DNA from: an uncultured cyanobacterium
GTDB taxonomy: Bacteria; Cyanobacteriota; Cyanobacteriia; Leptolyngbyales; Leptolyngbyaceae
DNA length: 48,615 nucleotides
NCBI GenBank assembly: GCA_963766075.1
Contig: CAVYAN010000119.1
Span: forward strand, 1-48,615
Direction: 5' to 3'
In this document: in pieces, positions 9,838-20,944 of the stretch
How the letters are laid out: every line of letters begins with the position of its first letter
How positions within the stretch are numbered: the stretch's first letter is position 1
The notes under the pieces: generated by a model
Seen by the model: the letters and a program-made list of their open reading frames with translations, nothing else
Told to the model about the DNA's origin: nothing
The model's database searches: none
Position numbers and translations under genes: made by a program

Positions 9838-12800
9838 ATGGAATTTTTGCGTAGCTTCCCATCGCCGCTTTCTCAAACGGTACTTGAAACAACTCCTCAG
9901 TCTCCGGCGATCGCGCTGGCGGCAGCGCCGTTGAATGCCCCGACTGTCGGACAGCGGGCTTCTTCGGCGATCGTTTTTATTGATGCCGGGGTCGGTCATT
10001 ACCAAGATCTCGTGGCCGGTGTGCAACCCGGAGCGGAAGTCTATGTTCTAGATCCGATGCAGGATGCCGTCAGCCAGATTACCCAAACCCTCTTGGGTAA
10101 AACCGGTGTCTCCAGTCTGCAAATTGTCTCCCACGGCGAAGCGGGCAGTTTGCAGTTGGGCTCATCTGCGTTGAACCTCACCACCATTCGGAGCTATGCC
10201 GATCAGTTCCAGGCTTGGGGTCAAGCCCTCACGGCGGATGCCGACATTCTGCTGTACGGTTGCGATGTGGCGGCTGATCCTGCGGGCAAGGCATTTGTCA
10301 CTTTCATGAGCCAAATGACCGGAGCCGATGTAGCAGCCTCTACTGATCTAACGGGTAAAGGTGGCAACTGGGCTTTGGAATATACCACGGGAAGCATTGA
10401 GGCGACCACGGCCTTCTCCTCCAGCACCTTGGCCACCTACGAGGGCACGCTGAATGCCGCCCTTACGTTTACCGGGGCGGCGGTTAGCTTTACCGAAAAT
10501 GCAGCCGCCACGACTGTGTTTGGGAACGCGGGCGTTGCTAATCCTCCCGGCACCAGCAGTTTTCAAAATCTGACCTTGACCGTTACTATTGCCTCCGGTG
10601 GGGAAGCCAGCGATCGCCTCACCATCCGCAATGCCAATAACGTCACCGTCAGCGGCAATACCGTCAGTCACCAAAATAACGTGGTGGGCACATTCAGCGG
10701 CGGCGGCGGTAGCACTCCCTTGGCCATTACCTTTAATACGACGGCCAATCGTCAATCCGCCCAAGCGGTGCTGCAACAGATCCAGTTCTCCAATACCTCA
10801 GACAACCCCAGCAGCACCAGCCGAGAGATTAACGCAGTCGTATCCACGAGCGCCAATGCCCTAGGCTCCGCCATCACCCAGACTGTCAATGTCATTCCCG
10901 TTAATGACGCCCCCACGATCACCGGCTTTACGAAAACGGGCACAGAAGACACTCCATTGACCTTCGCCGCCGCAGACTTCACGGGCAGTTACAGCGATCT
11001 GGAGTCCACCCCCCTGAGCAGCATCCGGGTATCTGTCTTACCGACCAAAGGCAGCCTGAAATTGAATGGTGTTGCGGTCACCAACAATCAGGCGATCGCC
11101 AGCAGCGATCTCGCCAACCTCTCCTACATTCCCAACCTCAACGTCAACGCCGCCGCCAATGGTACTGACCAGTTCACCTGGTTCGCTTCCGATGGCAGCG
11201 CCACTTCTGCCACTTCTGCCCAAGTCACCATCAGCCTCGGAGCCGTTAATGACGCTCCGGTTGTGAGTCCGACTATCAAAGAAGGCAGCGAAGACGTGCC
11301 CCTCAGCTTTAGCAGTGCCGACTTTATCGCCGGTTTTACGGATGTTGATGGCAACACCTTGCAGTCAATTCAAATCAAATCGGCCCCGATCCATGGCATC
11401 CTGCACATTGAGGGCGTAACCGTCTCCCTAGACACCGACATCGCAGTTGGAGACATTTCTAAGCTAGTCTACACAGGCGATGCAGACTATAACGGAGTGG
11501 ATGCCTTCGACTGGACCGCTTCCGATGGTACCGCCTCTTCGGAGATTGGCACCTTGTTCCTCAGCCTCGCTCCCACAAACGATGAGCCAAGCATTATTGC
11601 TGCCGTCACCAAGAGCGGGAATGAAGATACCGCGATTTCCTTTAGCACCACCGACTTCAGCAGTCAGTTCACGGACATCGATCAGGGCGATACCCTGACC
11701 GCCATCACGATTACGACACTTCCGGGTCAAGGCACGCTGCGACTCAACAACCTGCCGGTCACCCTGAATCAAGTCATTTTTGCTGAAGCTTTAAGTGGAC
11801 TGAGCTACAGCCCCACTGCCAACTACAACGGCAGCGATAGCTTCAGTTGGACCGCCTCCGATGGCTTGGTTTCCTCCCAGGCCGGTCAAGTTAATCTTGC
11901 GATCGCACCGGTCAACGACGCTGCCACGATCACCAGCTTCACTAAAGCAGGCACTGAGGATACAGCGCTCACCTTTGTCACGAATGGTAATGAAGGCAGC
12001 GACTTCACCGCCAACTTCACCGATATTGACGGCGATTCACTCAGCAGCATCAAAATTACCAGCCTCCCCGCCGGACAACTCACGCTCTCGAATGTCGCTG
12101 TGACCTTGGGCCAAGTGCTCACCCAAGCAGAAATTGCCAACCTCAGCTACACGCCTATCCTTAATGCCAACGGCTTGGATAGCTTTGGCTGGGAGGCGTT
12201 TGATGGCTCCACCACGCCCTCTAACGCGGCTCGCGTCACCCTCAATTTGGCTCCCGTCAATGATGCTCCCACCATTAGCCTATTGACCAAGTCTGGCAAC
12301 GAAGACACGCCCATTGCCTTAACTGAAAATGACTTTGCCAGCCGATTCACGGATGTGGATGGGAACCCGCTGGCCAGCATTACGATCCTGGACGCGCCTA
12401 CCCGTGGCACCCTCCAACTCGGCATCGTCGAGCCCGTAACAGTGACGGCGAATCAAGTCATTACGGCGGCGGATTTAGCCACCCTGCGCTACGTTCCTAA
12501 CCAGAATTACTTTGGCTCTGATGATTTTGGGTGGACCGCATCCGATGGCTTACTGCCGGCGACCAGTTCCGCCAGGGTCAGCCTCGCGATCGCTCCCGTC
12601 AATGATGCCCCCGTGGTCAACCTCATCGAATTCTTCCCAGACGAAGATGTTTTGTTTAACTTCTTCACGAAGGAAGACTTTGAAGCTGCGTATACCGATG
12701 TAGAAAATAACCCCCTGACCAGCATCACTATTACGGATTTGCCGGACCATGGCACCCTGAGCTGGGCAATGCTGCCATCACGGTCAATCAGGTGGTTTCT

Positions 12801-15302
12801 GCAACCCAAATCGCTGATTTGAGCTACCTGTCCAGCCTGAACTATAACGGTCCCGATAGCTTTAGCTGGAAGGCATCGGATGGCACCCTGAACTCTGCGA
12901 CATCGGCACTGGCCTCCCTCACGGTGGTTCCCGTGAATGATGCTCCGACCATTCTTGGCTCGCTTAAGGCAGGCCGGGAAGATGAGGTCTTTACATTTGG
13001 TGTCAACGACTTTACCAGTGTCTTTAGTGATGTGGACTCAGGTGATACTCTCCAATCGATCAAAATTACAGACCTGCCTGAATCCGGCGTTCTCCTACTG
13101 AGATCTGGCGGCCAAGACACCAACGTTCCCCTCAATACGCCACTAACCCTGGCCCAGATTGCCCAGCTCATCTACGTTCCCGACCCGGACTACAACGGCA
13201 CTGACAGTTTTCAGTGGTCTGCGGCGGATAACGAGACTGACTCCGCCCCTGCCACGGTGACCCTGACCGTTGCCCCCATGAATGAACTCCCAACAATTAC
13301 CAGTAGCTTCGATCGCACTGGCTCGGAAGATCGGCTCATCACCTTTACCCCGGAAGAGTTCCGCAGCAAGTTTTCCGATGTTGATGGGGGTACCTTCACC
13401 AGCATTACCATTACGAATTTACCTGGCAGAGGGGAACTGCTGTTGGATCAGTCCACTGTTCCTGGCAATACGGAGATTAGGGCTGTGACGGCAAATCAGG
13501 TCATTGCCGCCGCAGACATCAGCAAGCTTACCTACATTGGCGATCGTAACTATGTGGGGACAGATAGTTTTGGATGGACTCTTTCCGATGGCCAAGGGCC
13601 AACGCAAGAGGATACAGCCCTATTCCCCGCAACAGTGGGGATCACACTCACGAGCGTGAATGACGCGCCCACCTTCAATTTGGCTGGTACCTTGTTGACC
13701 ACGCTTGTCGGTGAACCCACCAAAACAGTGACAAACTGGGCGAGCAACTTCTCCCCCGGCCCTGCCGATGAAGCGGGTCAGAACTTGGCGGGTTACTTCG
13801 TAGTCGGTGTCAGTGACTCCACGCTGTTTAAGACGCAGCCCACCATCGGTAACGATGGCACCCTAACGTACCAAACGGCTGAAACGGGCCTTGGTGGATC
13901 AGCGGTTGTTGTCATCCAAGCCCTGGATGATGGCGGCACCGTGGACGGCGGCAACAATGCTGCCACGCAAACCTTCACCATTGCCGTAGCCCCACGGCCA
14001 ACGGTAACCCTACTGCCTGCCCTTAACAGAGCCGAAGGGCGTGCGGGAACGTCTAGCACCTTCACGTTCCAAGTGTCCCTGTCTACGGCCAGTACCCAAA
14101 CCGTTCGAGTTGGATACTCCACGGCAGATATAACAGCCACGGCAGGCAGTGACTATGTGGCGATTTCCGATGGAGCCTTGACCTTTACCCCCGGTCAGAC
14201 GCTGCAAACAATTACCGTCACCGCCCAGGGTGACAACACCATCGAAGCCAATGAATCCTTTAAGCTGACGCTATCCAGCGTTACCAATGGGGTGCTTGGT
14301 ACTGTCGATCCTGTAGTTGCTACTCTCATCAATGATGACTTCTCAGCCACCCAGTCCTTTGGCCCCACTGCGGGTGTTGGTCCCAGCGATATTGACCTGG
14401 TTTGGCGGAATGATGCATCGGGTGATGTATACATTTGGGATATGAACGGGCCTGTACCCACTGCGGGCATCTATCTGAAGACGGTGCCGGATGCCAACTG
14501 GCAAATTCAGAGCGTCGGCGACTTTACGGGTGACAGCCAACTGGATGTCCTGTGGCGCAATGTTGCCACCGGGGAGCTATTAGTCTGGGAACTGAACGGC
14601 ACCACGTTTGTTCAAGATGTGTTCCTTCGTTCCAGCAATAATGACGATCTGTCTGTGATTGACTCCAGTTGGGAAATTGCAGCGGTGACAGATTTCACCG
14701 GTGATGGACAGCTCGATATTTTCTGGCGCAATGCCATTTCTGGGCGCAACATCATCTGGGAGATGAATGGTGGCACCAGAGTTGCGGATCCAGAAATCTT
14801 CCAAGTTGAGGATCTGTCCTGGAAGGTTGAAGGCACAGGTGACTTTAACGGGGATGGTAAGGCGGATATTCTCTGGCGCAATGAATGGAGTGGCGACTTG
14901 GTCTACTGGACCATGAACGGTACCGAAATTCTAGATGATGTCTACCTGGATTACACGGTAGCGGGCCAGGATTGGCAAATCGAGGGCATTGGGGACTTCG
15001 ATAATGATGGCAAACTCGACCTTTTCTGGCGCAACTACGCCACGGGGTTAAACTACATCTGGACACTGGATGGGAGTACAGGAGTGACCCAGGCGATTGA
15101 ACTGCCCAAGGTGTTTGACCGCAACTGGCGCCCCGAAACCGTTGCTGACTATACGAAGGATGGCAATTTGGATATCCTGTGGCGCAACTACGCGACAGGT
15201 GAAAACACCATCTGGCAGATGAGTGGCACTGTTCGTCAATCTGACATTGAGGTGCTCAGGGCGGATGATGTTGCCTGGGAGGTGAATCCCTTCGCCGTTT
15301 AG
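9838..15302 (+). CDS. Giant surface protein (~1820 aa): DUF4347, cadherin-like/Ig repeats, Calx-beta and FG-GAP/VCBS repeats; 1-nt deletion near 12760
   Basis: IVFID..IVSHG..LYGC N-terminal domain; nine xNDAP-type motifs; YSTADITATAGSDY..LTFTPGQ Calx-beta; six D..WRN repeats; the two ORFs join as GTL-x-LGNAAITVNQVVSATQIADLSY. Confidence 0.85.
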
Positions 15303-15312
15303 GCCAAGATTT

Positions 15313-15341
15313 GTTAGCGCTGTCATTTTGACAGCGCTAAC
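15313..15341. terminator. Hairpin after the giant protein gene
   Basis: 13-bp stem GTTAGCGCTGTCA / TGACAGCGCTAAC. Confidence 0.65.
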
Positions 15342-15500
15342 GTTCAGCCCGATCGCCCCTGTCCCCAGATAAATTCCACCCGAAAACACGTTCAAACGAC
15401 CCAGTAAAAAAGCACTCACCGTAACTCCCGCAGGAGGACGATGGGTGCTTTTTTCAATCAGGTTTTTAGTTAGGGCCTTGCAGGTTAATAGATGATCCGC

Positions 15501-15600
15501 AACCGGGCTTCGACTGCGCTCAGCCCTCATCGGTCGATCTGTGGATTGAGGTTAATGGAGTACCTGAAACCGGGCTTCGACTGCGCTCAGCCCTCATCGG
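15501..15600. repeat. Two identical 33-bp copies of a CTTCGACTGCGCTCAG-containing repeat
   Basis: AACCGGGCTTCGACTGCGCTCAGCCCTCATCGG at 15501-15533 and 15568-15600. Confidence 0.85.
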
Positions 15601-15686
15601 GCGATAGCAACATATGGAGCTTTTCGGAAAGCTCACTTTCTAAAAAGTCAGCTTTCCGAAAAGTCCTTACCCAAAGGCCCACTGTG

Positions 15687-17513
15687 CTAGAAGCTGAATT
15701 GCGCCCGGACACTGCCCACAAAAATCGTTGGGTTCGTGTCAAAGTTGTTGGCATTGAAAATCGTGTAGAAGGTGGGTACGATCGCAATATTATCCGTCAT
15801 TGGATAGAAATAGGACGCTTCCAACTCATACATCGTGCCACCATTGCCTGCACCGGAAGCAAAAAATCGGCTGCCCCGGGTAATATCCATCGGCATCAGG
15901 AACGTGAGGGTTCCTAACGCCCCTTTCTTACCCAGATCGGGGAAACCCAGACCAACTTGGAAAGATTGGGTATTTACCTTGGCATCGATCGGCTGCAAGC
16001 GTGTCTTTGCAAAGCTGTAGCGGCCAAAGAGCCCAATACTCTTAGTCAGCATCCAGTCAAAATTCACACCAAACATGTTAGCCGTGGCATGGGTTAACCC
16101 ACCATTGACCAACCCTTCGGAGAAACCAGGACCAGCATCCAAATATCCGTAGGGAATGGGTTCACCGATTGCACCACCGACCTGACCGCCGTAGGCTTGA
16201 ATGCGGCTATAGGTGTATAAGAACCGGAAGTTCATCTTGTCGTTCGGGGAGAACGTCAGCTCAGCGGAGGTGGTGTTGGTGCCGTTAAACAGCCCTGATG
16301 CTGGATTACTGGAGGTGTTGAAACCGAATTGAGACGGCAGGAACTCGGTATTCTCGCCCAAGTAACCGATCGCAAAGCGCAGTTTCTTGTTCATGTTCCA
16401 TTCGACAACCGCTCCCGATCCCCGGTCAATGGCGTTGGCTTGGGTACTTCCCGAAGTATCAAAGCTGGCACCGGAGTTGAAGATAAAGTTGAAGCGATTG
16501 AAATCAAAGTGGCGATACCAGTTGACCCGAGGACCCACTGTGATTTTAATTGAATCGTTCAGAGGGAAGCTATAGAACAAGTCGTGGATCACCACATCGG
16601 CTCGACCATTGACCGTACCCGCAGATTGATCAAAGAAGGGCGTCCCGAAGGCGTTAAAGAAGCCCGCAGAAGCGTATTGATTGGCCGGAGAAATGCTATT
16701 TCCCGCCGTCAACTGGGTGACCAGTAAATCTTTACCAGAGAAGGAGGTATTCAGGGTTAGCCAGGTCAAAAAGCCAAGGGTGGTTGCTGGGGAATCCGTC
16801 GTTTGGCGGGTGGGCGCACCTCCTGTGCGAGTGGCAAAGAATCGACCATTACCGGGATCATTCACCCCGCTGGCTGGGCCTTCGTAGGTGACATCTTTGC
16901 TGGCCCCAGCACCGGTCAGGTTCATCCAAACGGAGCCTTGGAGCTTGGTGGTGGTGGAAAACTGCTGTTTTTCCAGGGTGGCGGTGCGGGCTTCCAATGC
17001 ATCGACCCGTCCACGCAGAGTTGCCAGCTCAGCGGCAAACTCTTCCTGCATTTTTTTCAGGGCTTCCAGATCTTCTTTCTTGACTAAATCGGCAGTACCT
17101 GCACCAATCAGCTCATTTACCCGATCCATGCAGGCATTTAACCCAGCGGCAAACTCGTAGCGGGTAATGGCCCGGTTGCCCCGAAAGGTTTTGTCGGGAT
17201 AGCCCACAATGCAACCGTAGCGTTCTACTAGGGACTGCAATGCCTGGAATGCCCAATCCGTAGGCTTCACGTCGGTCAGTTGCGAAACAGAAGTGACCTG
17301 TTCCATGCCACTGGTGGCAGCGCCTTCATCCCCCGCTAGGGTCGTTAGGGTGGAGGCTGGATTGAGGTTGGCCACTGGAGCGGTGACGTCAGCGATATCC
17401 GCGGCCCGCACCGCGCTGGGGGCTTGGAGGCCCAGGCTGGAGAGAAGAAGTGCGATCGCAAAAGTTCCCGGAGCTGTGCAGAACATTTTCCAGGTGAACG
17501 CCTGATTGAACAT
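15687..17513 (-). CDS. Cyanobacterial SLH-domain/OprB-like outer-membrane porin
   Basis: QVTSVSQLTDVKPTDWAFQALQSLVERYGC SLH motif, coiled coil, QFSTTTKL, C-terminal RAQFSF. Confidence 0.93.
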   Translation of the reverse strand: MFNQAFTWKMFCTAPGTFAIALLLSSLGLQAPSAVRAADIADVTAPVANLNPASTLTTLAGDEGAATSGMEQVTSVSQLTDVKPTDWAFQALQSLVERYGCIVGYPDKTFRGNRAITRYEFAAGLNACMDRVNELIGAGTADLVKKEDLEALKKMQEEFAAELATLRGRVDALEARTATLEKQQFSTTTKLQGSVWMNLTGAGASKDVTYEGPASGVNDPGNGRFFATRTGGAPTRQTTDSPATTLGFLTWLTLNTSFSGKDLLVTQLTAGNSISPANQYASAGFFNAFGTPFFDQSAGTVNGRADVVIHDLFYSFPLNDSIKITVGPRVNWYRHFDFNRFNFIFNSGASFDTSGSTQANAIDRGSGAVVEWNMNKKLRFAIGYLGENTEFLPSQFGFNTSSNPASGLFNGTNTTSAELTFSPNDKMNFRFLYTYSRIQAYGGQVGGAIGEPIPYGYLDAGPGFSEGLVNGGLTHATANMFGVNFDWMLTKSIGLFGRYSFAKTRLQPIDAKVNTQSFQVGLGFPDLGKKGALGTLTFLMPMDITRGSRFFASGAGNGGTMYELEASYFYPMTDNIAIVPTFYTIFNANNFDTNPTIFVGSVRAQFSF

Positions 17514-17565
17514 GTATTTAGATCCTCAACACCTAATTAAGTAGCTTCAAGCAAAAACAGACTTC

Positions 17566-17607
17566 AGGATACCCGTAAATAGAGGGCAATTGTGTAGTTT
17601 CTGACAC
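17566..17607 (-). promoter_or_regulatory. Putative NtcA-activated promoter of the porin
   Basis: Minus strand GTG-N8-TAC, 22 nt, then TATCCT (TAN3T). Confidence 0.55.
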
Positions 17608-17737
17608 TAATATTAGGGTGAAATGGGCATCGACTCAAGTATTATCCCTGGCAGGAGCCTCATCCCTGACCGGCTAAGCCCTATAGCAGTGTCCTGCACC
17701 CAGAGGCTACGTCTCAATTCTCACTACGTCTCAACTC

Positions 17738-18130
17738 TCAATACTGCTGCTGTGCGCTGCTGTGCTGCTGATGCAGGATGAAACCATTACCGTCTGGATC
17801 ATAGGCATAGATTTCCTGTCCATGGCTAGCTGTGATGATCTCGCCAGCGGGAGGGTAGCCCAATGCCGTTAGATGGGCGATCGCGGCGGGCAAATCTTTG
17901 ACTTCAATACACAGCGCCATCCCGATGGCAGGGGGATGGCGCGCGGGTTGTGGGTGGGGGGCCTGGGGGCGAAAGAGGCCCAGCCTTGCTCCCGGCCATT
18001 GAAATTCCGCATAGCTGCCTGGGATCGTCTTCGCCGGGGCCTCCCCCAGCAAGGCACTATAAAATTCCACCAATTTTTCTAACTGATGCGACCCAATGGT
18101 CAGCAGTACATGCGCCACTTGCAACGTCAT
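17738..18130 (-). CDS. VOC/glyoxalase-family protein
   Basis: [10 protein letters not shown] and YAYDPDGN motifs; likely start MTLQVAHV. Confidence 0.85.
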   Translation of the reverse strand: MTLQVAHVLLTIGSHQLEKLVEFYSALLGEAPAKTIPGSYAEFQWPGARLGLFRPQAPHPQPARHPPAIGMALCIEVKDLPAAIAHLTALGYPPAGEIITASHGQEIYAYDPDGNGFILHQQHSSAQQQY

Positions 18131-18288
18131 CCGTTCTCCTTCAGGGCGATCGCGGGGGATTTGACCACAATTCAAAATCCTCTGGCCTAGCGGCGCAGAG
18201 CGTTGTCCAAAATCCAAGTCCAAAATCCAAAATCCCCCTGTATCCTGGATATCACAATCACAGTACAGCGATAGTCGGACAAGTCCCT

Positions 18289-19452
18289 ATGAAACTGGCA
18301 GCGCGAGTTGGGCAGATCACCCCCTCATTGACCTTGGCGATCGATGCGAAGGCGAAGGCAATGAAAGCCGAGGGTATTGATGTTTGTAGTTTTAGCGCCG
18401 GGGAGCCAGACTTTGACACCCCAGCCCATATTCGAGCCGCTGCCACCGCCGCCTTGGAATCGGGTAAAACCCGCTACGGTCCAGCCGCTGGGGAGCCTAG
18501 GCTGCGGGAAGCGATCGCCCAAAAGCTGCAAACCGACAATGCCCTGTGCTATGGCCCGGAAAATATCATCGTCACGAATGGTGGCAAGCACTCTCTGTTC
18601 AATTTGATGCTGGCGGCCATTGAACCGGGGGATGAAGTGATTATTCCCGTGCCGTTTTGGGTCAGTTATCCCGAAATGGTGAAACTGGCGGGAGGCACGC
18701 CCGTGATGGTGACCACCGATGCCGTCAACGGCTATAAAATCACGCCGCAGCAACTGCGCCAAGCCATCACCCCCAACACCCGCCTCTTCGTTCTGAATTC
18801 GCCTTCTAACCCCACGGGTATGGTCTATACCCCGGCAGAGGTGCGGGCTTTGGCCGAGGTCGTAGTCGAACATGGTATTTACGTTGTCTCAGATGAAATT
18901 TACGAAAAGTTACTCTACGCTGGAGCAGAACATCTGAGTATCGGGGCGGCTAGTCCGGCAGCGTTTGAGCGCACGATCATTAGCAGTGGGTTTGCCAAAG
19001 CCTATGCCATGACGGGCTGGCGGGTAGGTTACCTAGCCGGCCCACTGGACTTGATCCAGGCGGCGACTCGGATTCAGGGCCATAGCACTTCAAATGTGTG
19101 CACCTTTGCCCAGTATGGGGCGATCGCCGCTCTCGAAGGCTCCCAGGACTGCATTGCGGAAATGCTGGCGGCCTTTGCCCAACGTCGTCAATTCATGCTG
19201 GAAGCCCTGACGGCGATCCCTGGCTTTGTCTGTTCCCCGCCGGATGGGGCTTTTTATATGTACGTCAATATTGCCAAATTGGGGATGAGTTCTACGGAGT
19301 TTGCGAGTCAATTGCTGACGCAGCAGCAGGTGGCCGTGATTCCCGGCATCGCCTTTGGCACGGATGATTGCATTCGTCTGTCCTATGCCACTGACTTAGA
19401 AACGATTCGCAAGGGGATGGAGCGGTTGGATCAGTTTGTGCGATCGCTGTAG
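18289..19452 (+). CDS. aspC: Class I/II PLP-dependent (aspartate) aminotransferase
   Basis: [22 protein letters not shown] and [15 protein letters not shown] motifs; real start MKLAARV at 18289. Confidence 0.9.
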   Translation: MKLAARVGQITPSLTLAIDAKAKAMKAEGIDVCSFSAGEPDFDTPAHIRAAATAALESGKTRYGPAAGEPRLREAIAQKLQTDNALCYGPENIIVTNGGKHSLFNLMLAAIEPGDEVIIPVPFWVSYPEMVKLAGGTPVMVTTDAVNGYKITPQQLRQAITPNTRLFVLNSPSNPTGMVYTPAEVRALAEVVVEHGIYVVSDEIYEKLLYAGAEHLSIGAASPAAFERTIISSGFAKAYAMTGWRVGYLAGPLDLIQAATRIQGHSTSNVCTFAQYGAIAALEGSQDCIAEMLAAFAQRRQFMLEALTAIPGFVCSPPDGAFYMYVNIAKLGMSSTEFASQLLTQQQVAVIPGIAFGTDDCIRLSYATDLETIRKGMERLDQFVRSL

Positions 19453-19583
19453 GCCAACCCGATATTCGGTGCCGGGATCACGTCTGGAATGCCCAGCCTG
19501 CCGATCCCCAATTCTTAAGACCAATTCTTAAGAAATGTGTATTTATGCTCTAGCACATCCCATGGGGTAGCCCTATACTAGTT

Positions 19584-19601
19584 AAAGTAAAGAAAAGTAA
19601 A
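19584..19601. promoter_or_regulatory. HLR1-like (RpaB-type) direct repeat upstream of psbD
   Basis: AAAGTAAA-GA-AAAGTAAA just downstream of TATACT (19574-19579). Confidence 0.45.
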
Positions 19602-19744
19602 TCCCGTTCACAATTTTTAGTCTTTCTTCTCATTTTCGTAATATTCGGGAAATGAGGGGTTTCACAAACTCGAAGACTTAATCAGTGTGGGCAGGGATTC
19701 CCGCCTTTATCGTATTTACTATTCATTTCACTGGAGTTTTTGCC

Positions 19745-20803
19745 ATGACCATCGCAGTCGGACGCGTTGGCGAGCAGCGAGGGATCTTTGATGTCCTCGA
19801 CGACTGGCTGAAACGCGATCGGTTTGTCTTCATCGGTTGGTCTGGTCTGCTGCTGTTCCCCTGCGCCTTCTTGGCCGTGGGCGGCTGGATGACCGGCACA
19901 ACGTTTGTTTCTTCGTGGTACACCCACGGGTTAGCCTCCTCCTATCTGGAAGGCTGTAACTTTTTGACCGTGGCCGTCTCCACCCCCGCCAACAGCTTGG
20001 GCCATTCCATCCTGTTTCTGTGGGGACCGGAAGCGCAAGGGGACTTCACCCGCTGGTGCCAATTGGGCGGCCTGTGGACCTTTGTGGCCCTGCACGGTGC
20101 CTTTGGTCTGATTGGCTTCTGCCTGCGTCAGATTGAGATTGCCCGTCTGGTCGGCATTCGGCCTTACAATGCGATCGCCTTCACCGGCCCCATTGCCGTC
20201 TTCGTCAGCGTATTTCTGATGTACCCCTTGGGTCAATCCGGTTGGTTCTTCGCTCCCAGTTTTGGGGTAGCGTCAATCTTCCGCTTCCTGTTGTTCCTGC
20301 AAGGGTTCCACAACTGGACCTTGAACCCCTTCCACATGATGGGCGTGGCCGGCATTCTGGGCGGAGCCTTGCTCTGTGCCATTCACGGTGCGACGGTGGA
20401 AAACACCTTGTTCCAAGACAGTGAGCAGTCGAACACCTTCCGCGCCTTTGAACCGACCCAAGCGGAAGAAACCTACTCGATGGTGACGGCCAATCGGTTC
20501 TGGTCTCAAATCTTCGGGATTGCCTTTTCCAACAAGCGCTGGCTGCACTTCTTCATGTTGTTCGTCCCGGTGACGGGCCTGTGGATGAGTTCGGTGGGCA
20601 TTGTGGGCTTGGCGTTGAACCTGCGGGCCTATGACTTTGTGTCTCAGGAACTGCGGGCGGCGGAAGACCCCGAATTTGAAACCTTCTACACCAAGAACAT
20701 TCTGCTGAATGAAGGCATCCGCGCTTGGATGGCTCCTGCTGATCAGCCTCACGAAAAATTTGTATTCCCCGAAGAAGTTCTACCGCGTGGTAACGCTCTC
20801 TAA
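19745..20803 (+). CDS. psbD: Photosystem II D2 protein; monocistronic copy (psbD2-type) with no psbC following
   Basis: [33 protein letters not shown], 352 aa, followed by a terminator. Confidence 0.99.
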   Translation: MTIAVGRVGEQRGIFDVLDDWLKRDRFVFIGWSGLLLFPCAFLAVGGWMTGTTFVSSWYTHGLASSYLEGCNFLTVAVSTPANSLGHSILFLWGPEAQGDFTRWCQLGGLWTFVALHGAFGLIGFCLRQIEIARLVGIRPYNAIAFTGPIAVFVSVFLMYPLGQSGWFFAPSFGVASIFRFLLFLQGFHNWTLNPFHMMGVAGILGGALLCAIHGATVENTLFQDSEQSNTFRAFEPTQAEETYSMVTANRFWSQIFGIAFSNKRWLHFFMLFVPVTGLWMSSVGIVGLALNLRAYDFVSQELRAAEDPEFETFYTKNILLNEGIRAWMAPADQPHEKFVFPEEVLPRGNAL

Positions 20804-20828
20804 AGGAGTCCAAGGTTTATATCAAGCT

Positions 20829-20905
20829 GCCCCTGTTCTTTGAAACAGGGGCTTTTTGTTGCAACTTTACAAGATCTCCGGCTTTTTAAGAAAAGCCGGA
20901 GATCT
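20829..20905. terminator. Two hairpins between convergent psbD and clpB
   Basis: GCCCCTGTT/AACAGGGGC followed by a T-tract; AGATCTCCGGCTTTT/AAAAGCCGGAGATCT. Confidence 0.8.
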
Positions 20906-20944
20906 CTGGGGCATAACGGTACCGTTCTCTTACCCCGCCTGCAC

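Noticed and set aside
15501..15600. 33-bp repeat with a 34-bp spacer as a mini-CRISPR
   Set aside because: Only two copies and no cas genes; similarity extends upstream of both copies (AGGTTAAT), so this is a 67-bp tandem duplication of a REP-like unit
17950..18288. 113-aa N-terminal extension on the aminotransferase ORF
   Set aside because: It overlaps the opposite-strand VOC gene; family similarity starts at ATG 18289
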